A stretch of DNA of 64,000 bases. It comes from Cenarchaeum sp. (GTDB taxonomy: Archaea; Thermoproteota; Nitrososphaeria; Nitrososphaerales; Nitrosopumilaceae). The notes below the pieces were generated by a model. It did no database searches. It was not told where the DNA came from and saw only the letters and a list, made by a program, of their open reading frames with translations. Made by a program: the position numbers and the translations under genes. Of the stretch, positions 51,447 through 61,378 are shown one piece after another (position 1 is the stretch's first letter; the number at the start of each line of letters is the position of its first letter). The stretch is from NCBI GenBank assembly GCA_965206845.1, contig OZ242221.1, forward strand, positions 416,001 through 480,000, in the 5' to 3' direction.

Positions 51447-51549
51447 CTTTTGGACTCTTCCTCATGCGTGAGTCTAGTGCCGCCCTCCGTTTTTAACTGT
51501 TGAGGGAATTTTTTATACACTGTTCAATCTTCGGTGGTTTCCGCAGTTT

Positions 51550-51955
51550 TCATTCCTGAAAAAACCCAAAAGTCTCGCAGATTGAACAGTGTAAAGGTTT
51601 TGGGACAGATCCTGACAACCAGACAAAACCAAGAAATAGGCAAGGTATGGCCAGGTCTGCGGCCCGGAATCCCAACCGTCTTTCCTTCGACCTATTCTGA
51701 CGGTTTGATCCCCTTTGCAGAACGCGCCTTCTTTTGCTGCGCAGGCACGCTGCCGTGAGCTGGCGGAGAATTGGCATTATCATAGATCATCAGGCGTCTT
51801 CTGAGCAAGTCATTTTCCATGATCAACTCTGTTGCTGTCTTTTTCCCTTTTTCTACTACGCGTGCCAGTTTCTCGATCACTGAACTTCTTTTCTTGATAT
51901 CTGCCATCATCTTGGCCAGTTCGCCCTGCAGTATCTTGACCTCTGAATCTGACAA
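51550..51955 (-). pseudogene. IS66-like transposase N-terminal fragment
   Basis: Coiled coil followed by YDNANSPP, then frameshifted Gly/Arg-rich and Cys-containing segments. Confidence 0.55.
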
Positions 51956-52066
51956 TGAAACGATTTGGATGCAATAGGATTTAGCTTAATGGGGTAGAGG
52001 AAAGTTGACCCTGTGCTTAATCTAACCGATTAGTAATTATAAATATCTACCAAGTGAAATCTCCCA

Positions 52067-55000
52067 TTGCATCTTAATCTTAACTACGACATCATTTTTA
52101 GGCAATTTTCAAGAGGATCGTCCGGCGGCACATTTTGGTGCCTCCCTCCGAGGACGGCCCATCTAGCATTCGTACTGGCAGCCATGCTGGCCATGACGCT
52201 TGTAGTAGCATACTTGGGGGTAATACTGCACGCAGGCGAGCCCTGGCAGGTCACCGTGCTGAACCCCGATCCGTACCAGCCAGCCGCCATTACCTGGCCG
52301 ATTTTGGATCTGGCTACATCTGCGCTGCTGCCAGGATACGCGTTTGCGCAGGTTCAAGGTAGTATGCCTCCGACCTTTGATTCATCCGAACTTAACATCC
52401 TGACAGGAGTGCTAGCAATTACTTTTTCAGAAACAATAGACGTAACACCTGCAACAAACGTTGTTCCGACCAAGATACACATAAGAGAGTCAGGCAGTTA
52501 CACAGGTGGTATAACCTTGAGTGCCGGTGAGCTTGGTACTACTATTGCTGCTGTTGTTGCTGATGGCACTACAATCTCATTTACCCTGACTGCATCACAC
52601 CTTGCAACAGTTGCAGGACTGACTACGCCGGAGCTGACAATCGAGCCTGGAGCGGTACGGGACACATCTGGCAACACTATTGAGGGCACGTTTGATATCT
52701 CCACTGCCGTTTTTGTTAATGCCACTTCAATCAGATCACAGGAATCTTCTCCATCGGGCATGGCATTCTCAAATGACGGCCTCAAGATGTTTGTAATAGG
52801 TACTAGTGGAGATGACATAAACGAATACACACTGTCTACTGCCTTTGATGTTTCCGCTCTCAGCTTTGTCAATTCCACCTCCATTTCAACCCAGACCTCT
52901 TCTCCAACAGGTATGGCATTCTCAAATGATGGCCTCAAGATGTTTGTAGTGGGGTTTCAGGAACAAAACATAAACGAATACACACTGTCTACCGCCTTTG
53001 ATGTCTCCACCCGCGAATTTACCCATGACACATCAGTTCGATTACAAGAAGAGAAGCCAACAGGCATAACATTCTCAAATGACGGCCTCAAGATGTTTGT
53101 AGTGGGGTTTCGGGAAAAAAACATAAACGAATACACACTGTCCACCGCCTTTGATGTCTTCGGACGCGACTACTTTATCGATGCCTTCTCTGTCGCAACA
53201 CAGGAAAACGATCCACGAGACGTGGCATTCTCAAATGACGGCCTCAAGATGTTTGTAGTAGGTAGGAGTGAATCCGCAGTAATACACGAATACACACTGT
53301 CCACCGCCTTTGATGTCTCCACTGCCGCCTATGCTGATTCCTTACCCATCTCATCACGGGAAACTTCTCCAACAGATATGGAATTCTCAAATGACGGTGC
53401 CAAGATGTTTGTAGTAGGTATTAGCGGAGATGACATAAACGAATACACGCTAAACTCCGTCTATCCCATTACGGTGACAGCCATACCTCCAGACACCACC
53501 GCCCCCACACTTGCATCAATTGAGAGGTACAGCCCGGCAGCAGAAAACACCGGCAGCCAGACACTGGTATACAAGGTGACCTTCAGCGAGAATGTTACGG
53601 GGGTGGACACATCTGACTTTACCCTGTCTTCTGGCAGTACCGGGGGAGCAGGTGGCGGTACCAGCCCTGTTACCGGTATCTCAGGTTCAGGTGATGTGTA
53701 CTATGTGACAGTCTCTGCATTACAGGAAGGAACATACAACCTTGATCTTGTTTCATCAGGTCACGGCATCACCGATGCCGCAGTCAACCCGTTGACAAAC
53801 ACTACCCCCACCACCGGAACTGACCACACATACACAGTCGACACCACCGCCCCCACACTTGCATCAATTGAGAGGTACGGCCCGGCAGCAGAAAACACCG
53901 GCAGCCAGACACTGGTATACAAGGTGACCTTCAGCGAGAATGTTACGGGGGTGGACACATCTGACTTTACGTTATCTCTAGGCAGTCCCGGTTCCGGACA
54001 GTTCACGCAGACAAGAACGCCTGCCATTACCATACCCTACGATCAGATCGTGACGGACACCATCCTAGTTACCGGCTTCGGCACTGCCACATCCGTCTCT
54101 GTTGCAGTGGACATCACCCACCAATACATAGTCGATCTCAAGGTAGACCTCATCGCCCCTGACGGCACGGTTCAGACGTTGCACGGCAACTCAAGCGGTC
54201 CGGCCAACATAGACAAGACCTACACGCCTGACTTTGGCAGCGCCTCCATCGCAGGAAAGTGGATCCTGCAGATATACGACAACTACAGTGAAGACGACGG
54301 CATTTTGAACAGCTGGACGCTCGCAGTCAATTATGAGCCTGACACTGTCACCCATGCTACCTCGATATCAGGCTCCGGCGATGTGTACTATGCAACGCTC
54401 TCTGCCGCGCAGGAAGGGGCATACAACCTTGATCTTGTGTCATCAGGCCACGGCATCACCGATGCCGCAGCCAACCTGTTGACAAACACTACCCCCATCT
54501 CCGGAGCTGACCACACATACACAGTCAACACCGTACCTGCAGACGCCACCGCCCCCACACTTGCATCAATTGAGAGGTACAGCCCGGCAGCAGAAAACAC
54601 CGGCAGCCAGACACTGGTATACAAGGTGACCTTCAGCGAGAATGTTACGGGGGTGGACACATCTGACTTTACCCTGTCTTCTGGCAGTACCGGGGGAGCA
54701 GGCGGCGGTACCAGCCCTGTTACCGGCATCTCAGGTTCAGGTGATGTGTACTATGTGACAGTCTCTGCATCTACTGACGGGACATACAACCTTGATCTTG
54801 TGTCACCAGGCCACGGCATCACCGATGCCGCAGCCAACCTGTTGACAAACACTACCCCCACCTCCGGAACTGACCACACATACACAGTCAACACCGTACC
54901 TGCAGACGCCACCGCCCCCACACTTGCATCAATTGAGAGGTACGACCCGGCAGCAGAAAACACCGGCAGCCAGACACTGGTATACAAGGTGACCTTCAGC

Positions 55001-58000
55001 GAGAATGTTACGGGGGTGGACACATCTGACTTTACATTATCTCCCGGCAGCACTGGTAACCGTACCAGTTCCGGACAGTTCACGCAGACAAGAACGCCTG
55101 CCATTACCATACCATACGATCGGATCGTGACGGACACCATCCTAGTTACCGGCTCCAACGCTGCCACATCCGTCTCTGCTGCAGTGGACATCGTCCACCC
55201 ATACATAGACGATCTCAAGATAGACCTCATCGCCCCTGACGGCACGGTTCAGACGCTGCACGACCACTCAATCGGTCCGGCCAACATAACCCAGACCTAC
55301 GCACCTGACTTTGGCAGCGCCTCCATCGCAGGAAATTGGACCCTGCAGATATACGACAGATACAGTGCAGACGACGGCATTTTGAACAACTGGACGCTCA
55401 CAGTCAATCATGACTCTGACACTGCCACCCATGTTACCTCGATATCAGGCTCCGGTGATGTGTACTATGCAACGCTCTCTGCCGCGCAGGAAGGGACATA
55501 CAACCTTGATCTTGTGTCATCAGGCCACGGCATCACCGATGCCGCAGCCAACCTGTTGACAAACACTACCCCCATCTCCGGAACTGACCACACATACACA
55601 GTCAACACCGTACCTGCAGACGCCACCGCCCCCACACTTGCATCAATTGAGAGGTACAGCCCGGCAGCAGAAAACACCGGCAGCCAGACACTGGTATACA
55701 AGGTGACCTTCAGCGAGAATGTTACGGGGGTGGACACATCTGACTTTACCCTGTCTTCTGGCAGTACCGGGGGAGCAGGCGGCGGTACCAGCCCTGTTAC
55801 CGGCATCTCAGGTTCAGGTGATGTGTACTATGTGACAGTCTCTGCATCTACTGACGGGACATACAACCTTGATCTTGTGTCACCAGGCCACGGCATCACC
55901 GATGCCGCAGCCAACCTGTTGACAAACACTACCCCCACCTCCGGAACTGACCACACATACACAGTCAACACCGTACCTGCAGACGCCACCGCCCCCACAC
56001 TTGCATCAATTGAGAGGTACGACCCGGCAGCAGAAAACACCGGCAGCCAGACACTGGTATACAAGGTGACCTTCAGCGAGAATGTTACGGGGGTGGACAC
56101 ATCTGACTTTACCCTGTCTTCTGGCAGTACCGGGGGAGCAGGCGGCGGTACCAGCCCTGTTACCGGCATCTCAGGTTCAGGTGATGTGTACTATGTGACA
56201 GTCTCTGCATCTACTGACGGGACATACAACCTTGATCTTGTGTCACCAGGCCACGGCATCACCGATGCCGCAGCCAACCTGTTGACAAACACTACCCCCA
56301 CCTCCGGAACTGACCACACATACACAGTCAACACCGTACCTGCAGACGCCACCGCCCCCACACTTGCATCAATTGAGAGGTACGACCCGGCAGCAGAAAA
56401 CACCGGCAGCCAGACACTGGTATACAAGGTGACCTTCAGCGAGAATGTTACGGGGGTGGACACATCTGACTTTACCCTGTCTTCTGGCAGTACCGGGGGA
56501 GCAGGCGGCGGTACCAGCCCTGTTACCGGCATCTCAGGTTCAGGTGATGTGTACTATGTGACAGTCTCTGCATCTACTGACGGGACATACAACCTTGATC
56601 TTGTGTCACCAGGCCACGGCATCACCGATGCCGCAGCCAACCTGTTGACAAACACTACCCCCACCTCCGGAACTGACCACACATACACAGTCAACACCGT
56701 ACCTGCAGACGCCACCGCCCCCACACTTGCATCAATTGAGAGGTACAGCCCGGCAGCAGAAAACACCGGCAGCCAGACACTGGTATACAAGGTGACCTTC
56801 AGCGAGAATGTTACGGGGGTGGACACATCTGACTTTACCCTGTCTTCTGGCAGTACCGGGGGAGCAGGCGGCGGTACCAGCCCTGTTACCGGCATCTCAG
56901 GTTCAGGTGATGTGTACTATGTGACAGTCTCTGCATCTACTGACGGGACATACAACCTTGATCTTGTGTCACCAGGCCACGGCATCACCGATGCCGCAGC
57001 CAACCTGTTGACAAACACTACCCCCACCTCCGGAACTGACCACACATACACAGTCAACACCGTACCTGCAGACGCCACCGCCCCCACACTTGCATCAATT
57101 GAGAGGTACGACCCGGCAGCAGAAAACACCGGCAGCCAGACACTGGTATACAAGGTGACCTTCAGCGAGAATGTTACGGGGGTGGACACATCTGACTTTA
57201 CCCTGTCTTCTGGCAGTACCGGGGGAGCAGGCGGCGGTACCAGCCCTGTTACCGGCATCTCAGGTTCAGGTGATGTGTACTATGTGACAGTCTCTGCATC
57301 TACTGACGGGACATACAACCTTGATCTTGTGTCACCAGGCCACGGCATCACCGATGCCGCAGCCAACCTGTTGACAAACACTACCCCCACCTCCGGAACT
57401 GACCACACATACACAGTCAACACCGTACCTGCAGACGCCACCGCCCCCACACTTGCATCAATTGAGAGGTACGACCCGGCAGCAGAAAACACCGGCAGCC
57501 AGACACTGGTATACAAGGTGACCTTCAGCGAGAATGTTACGGGGGTGGACACATCTGACTTTACCCTGTCTTCTGGCAGTACCGGGGGAGCAGGCGGCGG
57601 TACCAGCCCTGTTACCGGCATCTCAGGTTCAGGTGATGTGTACTATGTGACAGTCTCTGCATCTACTGACGGGACATACAACCTTGATCTTGTGTCACCA
57701 GGCCACGGCATCACCGATGCCGCAGCCAACCTGTTGACAAACACTACCCCCACCTCCGGAACTGACCACACATACACAGTCAACACCGTACCTGCAGACG
57801 CCACCGCCCCCACACTTGCATCAATTGAGAGGTACAGCCCGGCAGCAGAAAACACCGGCAGCCAGACACTGGTATACAAGGTGACCTTCAGCGAGAATGT
57901 TACGGGGGTGGACACATCTGACTTTACCCTGTCTTCTGGCAGTACCGGGGGAGCAGGCGGCGGTACCAGCCCTGTTACCGGCATCTCAGGTTCAGGTGAT

Positions 58001-59956
58001 GTGTACTATGTGACAGTCTCTGCATCTACTGACGGGACATACAACCTTGATCTTGTGTCACCAGGCCACGGCATCACCGATGCCGCAGCCAACCTGTTGA
58101 CAAACACTACCCCCACCTCCGGAACTGACCACACATACACAGTCAACACCGTACCTGCAGACGCCACCGCCCCCACACTTGCATCAATTGAGAGGTACGA
58201 CCCGGCAGCAGAAAACACCGGCAGCCAGACACTGGTATACAAGGTGACCTTCAGCGAGAATGTTACGGGGGTGGACACATCTGACTTTACCCTGTCTTCT
58301 GGCAGTACCGGGGGAGCAGGCGGCGGTACCAGCCCTGTTACCGGCATCTCAGGTTCAGGTGATGTGTACTATGTGACAGTCTCTGCATCTACTGACGGGA
58401 CATACAACCTTGATCTTGTGTCACCAGGCCACGGCATCACCGATGCCGCAGCCAACCTGTTGACAAACACTACCCCCACCTCCGGAACTGACCACACATA
58501 CACAGTCAACACCGTACCTGCAGACGCCACCGCCCCCACACTTGCATCAATTGAGAGGTACGACCCGGCAGCAGAAAACACCGGCAGCCAGACACTGGTA
58601 TACAAGGTGACCTTCAGCGAGAATGTTACGGGGGTGGACACATCTGACTTTACATTATCTCCCGGCAGCACTGGTAACCGTACCAGTTCCGGACAGTTCA
58701 CGCAGACAAGAACGCCTGCCATTACCATACCATACGATCGGATCGTGACGGACACCATCCTAGTTACCGGCTCCAACGCTGCCACATCCGTCTCTGCTGC
58801 AGTGGACATCGTCCACCCATACATAGACGATCTCAAGATAGACCTCATCGCCCCTGACGGCACGGTTCAGACGCTGCACGACCACTCAATCGGTCCGGCC
58901 AACATAACCCAGACCTACGCACCTGACTTTGGCAGCGCCTCCATCGCAGGAAATTGGACCCTGCAGATATACGACAGATACAGTGCAGACGACGGCATTT
59001 TGAACAACTGGACGCTCACAGTCAATCATGACTCTGACACTGCCACCCATGTTACCTCGATATCAGGCTCCGGTGATGTGTACTATGCAACGCTCTCTGC
59101 CGCGCAGGAAGGGACATACAACCTTGATCTTGTGTCATCAGGCCACGGCATCACCGATGCCGCAGCCAACCTGTTGACAAACACTACCCCCATCTCCGGA
59201 GCTGACCACACATACACAGTCAACACCGTACCTGCAGACGCCACCGCCCCCACACTTGCATCAATTGAGAGGTACAGCCCGGCAACAGAAAACACCGGCA
59301 GCCAGACACTGGTATACAAGGTGACCTTCAGCGAGAATGTTACGGGGGTGGACACATCTGACTTTACATTATCTCCTGACAGTACGGGAGGGAGTGTCAA
59401 CAACACTTCCGGACAGTTCACGCAGACGCAGTCACCGTCGCTTGCCATACCTGACATGACCACAGTCTCTGACACCATCGCGGTACCTGACTCCGGGACT
59501 GCCACATCCGTCTCCATCTCAGTAGACATCACGCATACCTGGATAGGTGATCTTCTTGTGGAACTCATTGCCCCTGATGGCACGACCAAAACGTTGCACA
59601 ACCGTGAAGGTGGAGGTGCAGACGACATAGACCAGACATACACGCCGGACTTTGGCGGTGTCTCAATTGCAGGCACCTGGACCCTGCGGATATATGACGG
59701 TTTTAATGCCGATCCCGGCGTCCTGAACAGCTGGACGCTTACGGTCAATTATGACTCCGACACTGCCACCCATGTTACCTCGATCTCAGGTTCAGGTGAT
59801 GTGTATTATGTAACGATCTCTGCTGCGCAGGAAGGGACATACAACCTTGATCTTGTTTCGCCAGATCACGGCATTACCGATGCTGCAAGCAACCTGCTGA
59901 CTGACACCATCCCCACTGAAACTGACCACACATACACCGTCAGCACTGCTATCTGA
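52067..59956 (+). CDS. Giant repetitive surface/adhesin-like protein (beta-propeller, 14 Ig-like repeats, 4 P-domains)
   Basis: N-terminal TM/signal; five SPxGMAFSNDGLKMFV..EYTLSTAFDVS blades; VTFSENVTG Ig-like units; VDITH..DL.V.LIAPDGT...GxWTL P-domains. Confidence 0.85.
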   Translation: MHLNLNYDIIFRQFSRGSSGGTFWCLPPRTAHLAFVLAAMLAMTLVVAYLGVILHAGEPWQVTVLNPDPYQPAAITWPILDLATSALLPGYAFAQVQGSMPPTFDSSELNILTGVLAITFSETIDVTPATNVVPTKIHIRESGSYTGGITLSAGELGTTIAAVVADGTTISFTLTASHLATVAGLTTPELTIEPGAVRDTSGNTIEGTFDISTAVFVNATSIRSQESSPSGMAFSNDGLKMFVIGTSGDDINEYTLSTAFDVSALSFVNSTSISTQTSSPTGMAFSNDGLKMFVVGFQEQNINEYTLSTAFDVSTREFTHDTSVRLQEEKPTGITFSNDGLKMFVVGFREKNINEYTLSTAFDVFGRDYFIDAFSVATQENDPRDVAFSNDGLKMFVVGRSESAVIHEYTLSTAFDVSTAAYADSLPISSRETSPTDMEFSNDGAKMFVVGISGDDINEYTLNSVYPITVTAIPPDTTAPTLASIERYSPAAENTGSQTLVYKVTFSENVTGVDTSDFTLSSGSTGGAGGGTSPVTGISGSGDVYYVTVSALQEGTYNLDLVSSGHGITDAAVNPLTNTTPTTGTDHTYTVDTTAPTLASIERYGPAAENTGSQTLVYKVTFSENVTGVDTSDFTLSLGSPGSGQFTQTRTPAITIPYDQIVTDTILVTGFGTATSVSVAVDITHQYIVDLKVDLIAPDGTVQTLHGNSSGPANIDKTYTPDFGSASIAGKWILQIYDNYSEDDGILNSWTLAVNYEPDTVTHATSISGSGDVYYATLSAAQEGAYNLDLVSSGHGITDAAANLLTNTTPISGADHTYTVNTVPADATAPTLASIERYSPAAENTGSQTLVYKVTFSENVTGVDTSDFTLSSGSTGGAGGGTSPVTGISGSGDVYYVTVSASTDGTYNLDLVSPGHGITDAAANLLTNTTPTSGTDHTYTVNTVPADATAPTLASIERYDPAAENTGSQTLVYKVTFSENVTGVDTSDFTLSPGSTGNRTSSGQFTQTRTPAITIPYDRIVTDTILVTGSNAATSVSAAVDIVHPYIDDLKIDLIAPDGTVQTLHDHSIGPANITQTYAPDFGSASIAGNWTLQIYDRYSADDGILNNWTLTVNHDSDTATHVTSISGSGDVYYATLSAAQEGTYNLDLVSSGHGITDAAANLLTNTTPISGTDHTYTVNTVPADATAPTLASIERYSPAAENTGSQTLVYKVTFSENVTGVDTSDFTLSSGSTGGAGGGTSPVTGISGSGDVYYVTVSASTDGTYNLDLVSPGHGITDAAANLLTNTTPTSGTDHTYTVNTVPADATAPTLASIERYDPAAENTGSQTLVYKVTFSENVTGVDTSDFTLSSGSTGGAGGGTSPVTGISGSGDVYYVTVSASTDGTYNLDLVSPGHGITDAAANLLTNTTPTSGTDHTYTVNTVPADATAPTLASIERYDPAAENTGSQTLVYKVTFSENVTGVDTSDFTLSSGSTGGAGGGTSPVTGISGSGDVYYVTVSASTDGTYNLDLVSPGHGITDAAANLLTNTTPTSGTDHTYTVNTVPADATAPTLASIERYSPAAENTGSQTLVYKVTFSENVTGVDTSDFTLSSGSTGGAGGGTSPVTGISGSGDVYYVTVSASTDGTYNLDLVSPGHGITDAAANLLTNTTPTSGTDHTYTVNTVPADATAPTLASIERYDPAAENTGSQTLVYKVTFSENVTGVDTSDFTLSSGSTGGAGGGTSPVTGISGSGDVYYVTVSASTDGTYNLDLVSPGHGITDAAANLLTNTTPTSGTDHTYTVNTVPADATAPTLASIERYDPAAENTGSQTLVYKVTFSENVTGVDTSDFTLSSGSTGGAGGGTSPVTGISGSGDVYYVTVSASTDGTYNLDLVSPGHGITDAAANLLTNTTPTSGTDHTYTVNTVPADATAPTLASIERYSPAAENTGSQTLVYKVTFSENVTGVDTSDFTLSSGSTGGAGGGTSPVTGISGSGDVYYVTVSASTDGTYNLDLVSPGHGITDAAANLLTNTTPTSGTDHTYTVNTVPADATAPTLASIERYDPAAENTGSQTLVYKVTFSENVTGVDTSDFTLSSGSTGGAGGGTSPVTGISGSGDVYYVTVSASTDGTYNLDLVSPGHGITDAAANLLTNTTPTSGTDHTYTVNTVPADATAPTLASIERYDPAAENTGSQTLVYKVTFSENVTGVDTSDFTLSPGSTGNRTSSGQFTQTRTPAITIPYDRIVTDTILVTGSNAATSVSAAVDIVHPYIDDLKIDLIAPDGTVQTLHDHSIGPANITQTYAPDFGSASIAGNWTLQIYDRYSADDGILNNWTLTVNHDSDTATHVTSISGSGDVYYATLSAAQEGTYNLDLVSSGHGITDAAANLLTNTTPISGADHTYTVNTVPADATAPTLASIERYSPATENTGSQTLVYKVTFSENVTGVDTSDFTLSPDSTGGSVNNTSGQFTQTQSPSLAIPDMTTVSDTIAVPDSGTATSVSISVDITHTWIGDLLVELIAPDGTTKTLHNREGGGADDIDQTYTPDFGGVSIAGTWTLRIYDGFNADPGVLNSWTLTVNYDSDTATHVTSISGSGDVYYVTISAAQEGTYNLDLVSPDHGITDAASNLLTDTIPTETDHTYTVSTAI
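52730..53465 (+). repeat. Five ~48-aa beta-propeller repeats
   Basis: ttctcaaatgacggcctcaagatgtttgta and close variants recur five times. Confidence 0.85.
53492..59953 (+). repeat. 14 tandem Ig-like units (363-bp core, near-identical in 55619-58522)
   Basis: Reverse-frame ORFs recur every 363 bp (55465, 55828, ... 58369). Confidence 0.95.
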
Positions 59957-59966
59957 GATAAATTAG

Positions 59967-60058
59967 ATGTTCTGCATACTGCTTACATGCATGGCCACTT
60001 GGAGAGAGCGGGAGCTGGATCCCACAGAACAGCTGTTGAAGGCCCCGGGGGGTCGACC
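59967..60058 (+). pseudogene. IS66-like transposase C-terminal remnant
   Basis: MFCILLTCMATWRERELDPTEQLLKA resembles the IS66 C-terminal helix. Confidence 0.45.
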
Positions 60059-60218
60059 TAACCCCTTACGCCAGCCCCCGCAGAAGGCGGCTGCAACACA
60101 TCTTGGAGTGTCTCCGATGGATAGACATTCCGCTTTGGCGGAGCCCGTGGTTAGTCGCAGGGCGGACAGCCACTCCCCAAAGATAAAGCATCAAATATGG
60201 AAACACACTACTCGTAGT

Positions 60219-60653
60219 ATGAAGATAAATCACAAGCTGTTCAGGATGAACCGGAACCTGATCATCTGCCTGCTCGTGTCGACCGCAGTCTCGACCGTGG
60301 CGGCTCAGGCGATGGCAGGATACGCAAGCTACATCAACACGACAGTTGCCGTGGCCCTAGGCTACACGGCCTTCTTCGGAACGCTTCCCGTCCTGTTCTG
60401 GCGGGACAACAGGAGCCGCTACTCGCAGATGGACCGCAAATCCGTAAGGCATGAGCTTGCAAAGGTGATGTCGTCCATCGGCATCGGCGAGATCGTCTAC
60501 TTTGCGGTAATATGGCTCACGCTGTACTACCTCCTTGAGATCGGGATTGAGCCGTATCAGGCGGCCCTGATAGCCAAGGTGGCCGCGTCTGCCGTCTACC
60601 TTTCCGTGGTCTCGGTGATCCTCAAGGCCTCCAAGACCTTCCAGCCCGCATAG
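60219..60653 (+). CDS. Small 4-TM membrane protein (GtrA-like topology)
   Basis: ATG 60219 MKINHKLFRMNRNLIIC; four hydrophobic segments. Confidence 0.65.
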   Translation: MKINHKLFRMNRNLIICLLVSTAVSTVAAQAMAGYASYINTTVAVALGYTAFFGTLPVLFWRDNRSRYSQMDRKSVRHELAKVMSSIGIGEIVYFAVIWLTLYYLLEIGIEPYQAALIAKVAASAVYLSVVSVILKASKTFQPA

Positions 60654-60709
60654 GACCGGCGGCACCGGGAGCCGGTGCGGTTCCCCTCGCTCGCCGGCAC
60701 CGCTGCGGC

Positions 60710-60871
60710 CGTTCCCCGCAGACTGCCTTCGCGCCACCTCGAAGAGTCCTCTCTTCAGGGACTCCGCATCCCCTCGATGCCGAGGTACTTCTGGAACCTC
60801 TCCGTCGTCGGGAACGCCTCGGGCCTGCTGGCATTCTCGTGCCTGACAAAGCCGAGCTGCCCGAGTTCCAT
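60710..60871 (-). pseudogene. Possible ScpB (SMC-Scp) C-terminal fragment
   Basis: MELGQLGFVRHENASRPEAFPTTERFQKYLGIEG resembles the ScpB YxTTxxFxxYFG motif. Confidence 0.4.
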
Positions 60872-60879
60872 AAAATGCG

Positions 60880-61090
60880 GGCGCGCCGTGCGGTATGGCC
60901 GAGTTGGCAGCCTCCGCTGTCGCGTTTCGTAGCCACCTGGATCCCTGCTTTGTTATCCTGCACGTCTTGATGGTCTCCCCGCTGCCTCCCTGCGACGGCG
61001 CAATGCCCGCGTATGACACGAGCTTCTCCGGACTGCCGAACCTGTCGATATCAACCACCCCGGCGATGACCGTGAGTGTGGTCACGTGGT
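60880..61090 (-). pseudogene. IS110 transposase C-terminal (Transposase_20) remnant
   Basis: DIDRFGSPEKLVSYAGIAPSQGGSG...RITKQGSRWLR. Confidence 0.75.
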
Positions 61091-61292
61091 TTTTCTGCAT
61101 CCGACGCACCGCAGGAGAATCTTTGCCCCATACAACCAGACATGAAAGACAGGCAGGCCTCGATAACACAAAGGGATTCAAACGATGCCGGGGAACTCTG
61201 TCCTTTGCGGCCGATGGGACGACTCCGTCAGAACTTGCGCCGGATGGAGTGCATCCGTGCTACCGAATAACCAAGATGCCTCATCCACGTTA

Positions 61293-61352
61293 CGACGAAA
61301 TTCGTACATTTAGACCACAATCACAACGATATTCGTAAAGTATGTTTATATT
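61293..61352 (+). promoter_or_regulatory. Two candidate LysM boxes plus TATA upstream of the homocitrate synthase-lysWXK genes
   Basis: CGACGAAATTCGTAC (61293) and CAACGATATTCGTAA (61324), semi-palindromic; TTTATATT at 61345. Confidence 0.5.
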
Positions 61353-61378
61353 CCGATGGCCAACCACCGAATTCTGCA

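Noticed and set aside
54388-59748. Series of 113-221 aa minus-strand ORFs
   Set aside because: Antisense shadows of the giant repeat gene.
53492-59953. CRISPR array or DGR template/variable repeats
   Set aside because: The repeats are in-frame 363-bp coding units with no spacers, no adenine-specific variation, and no cas or reverse transcriptase genes.
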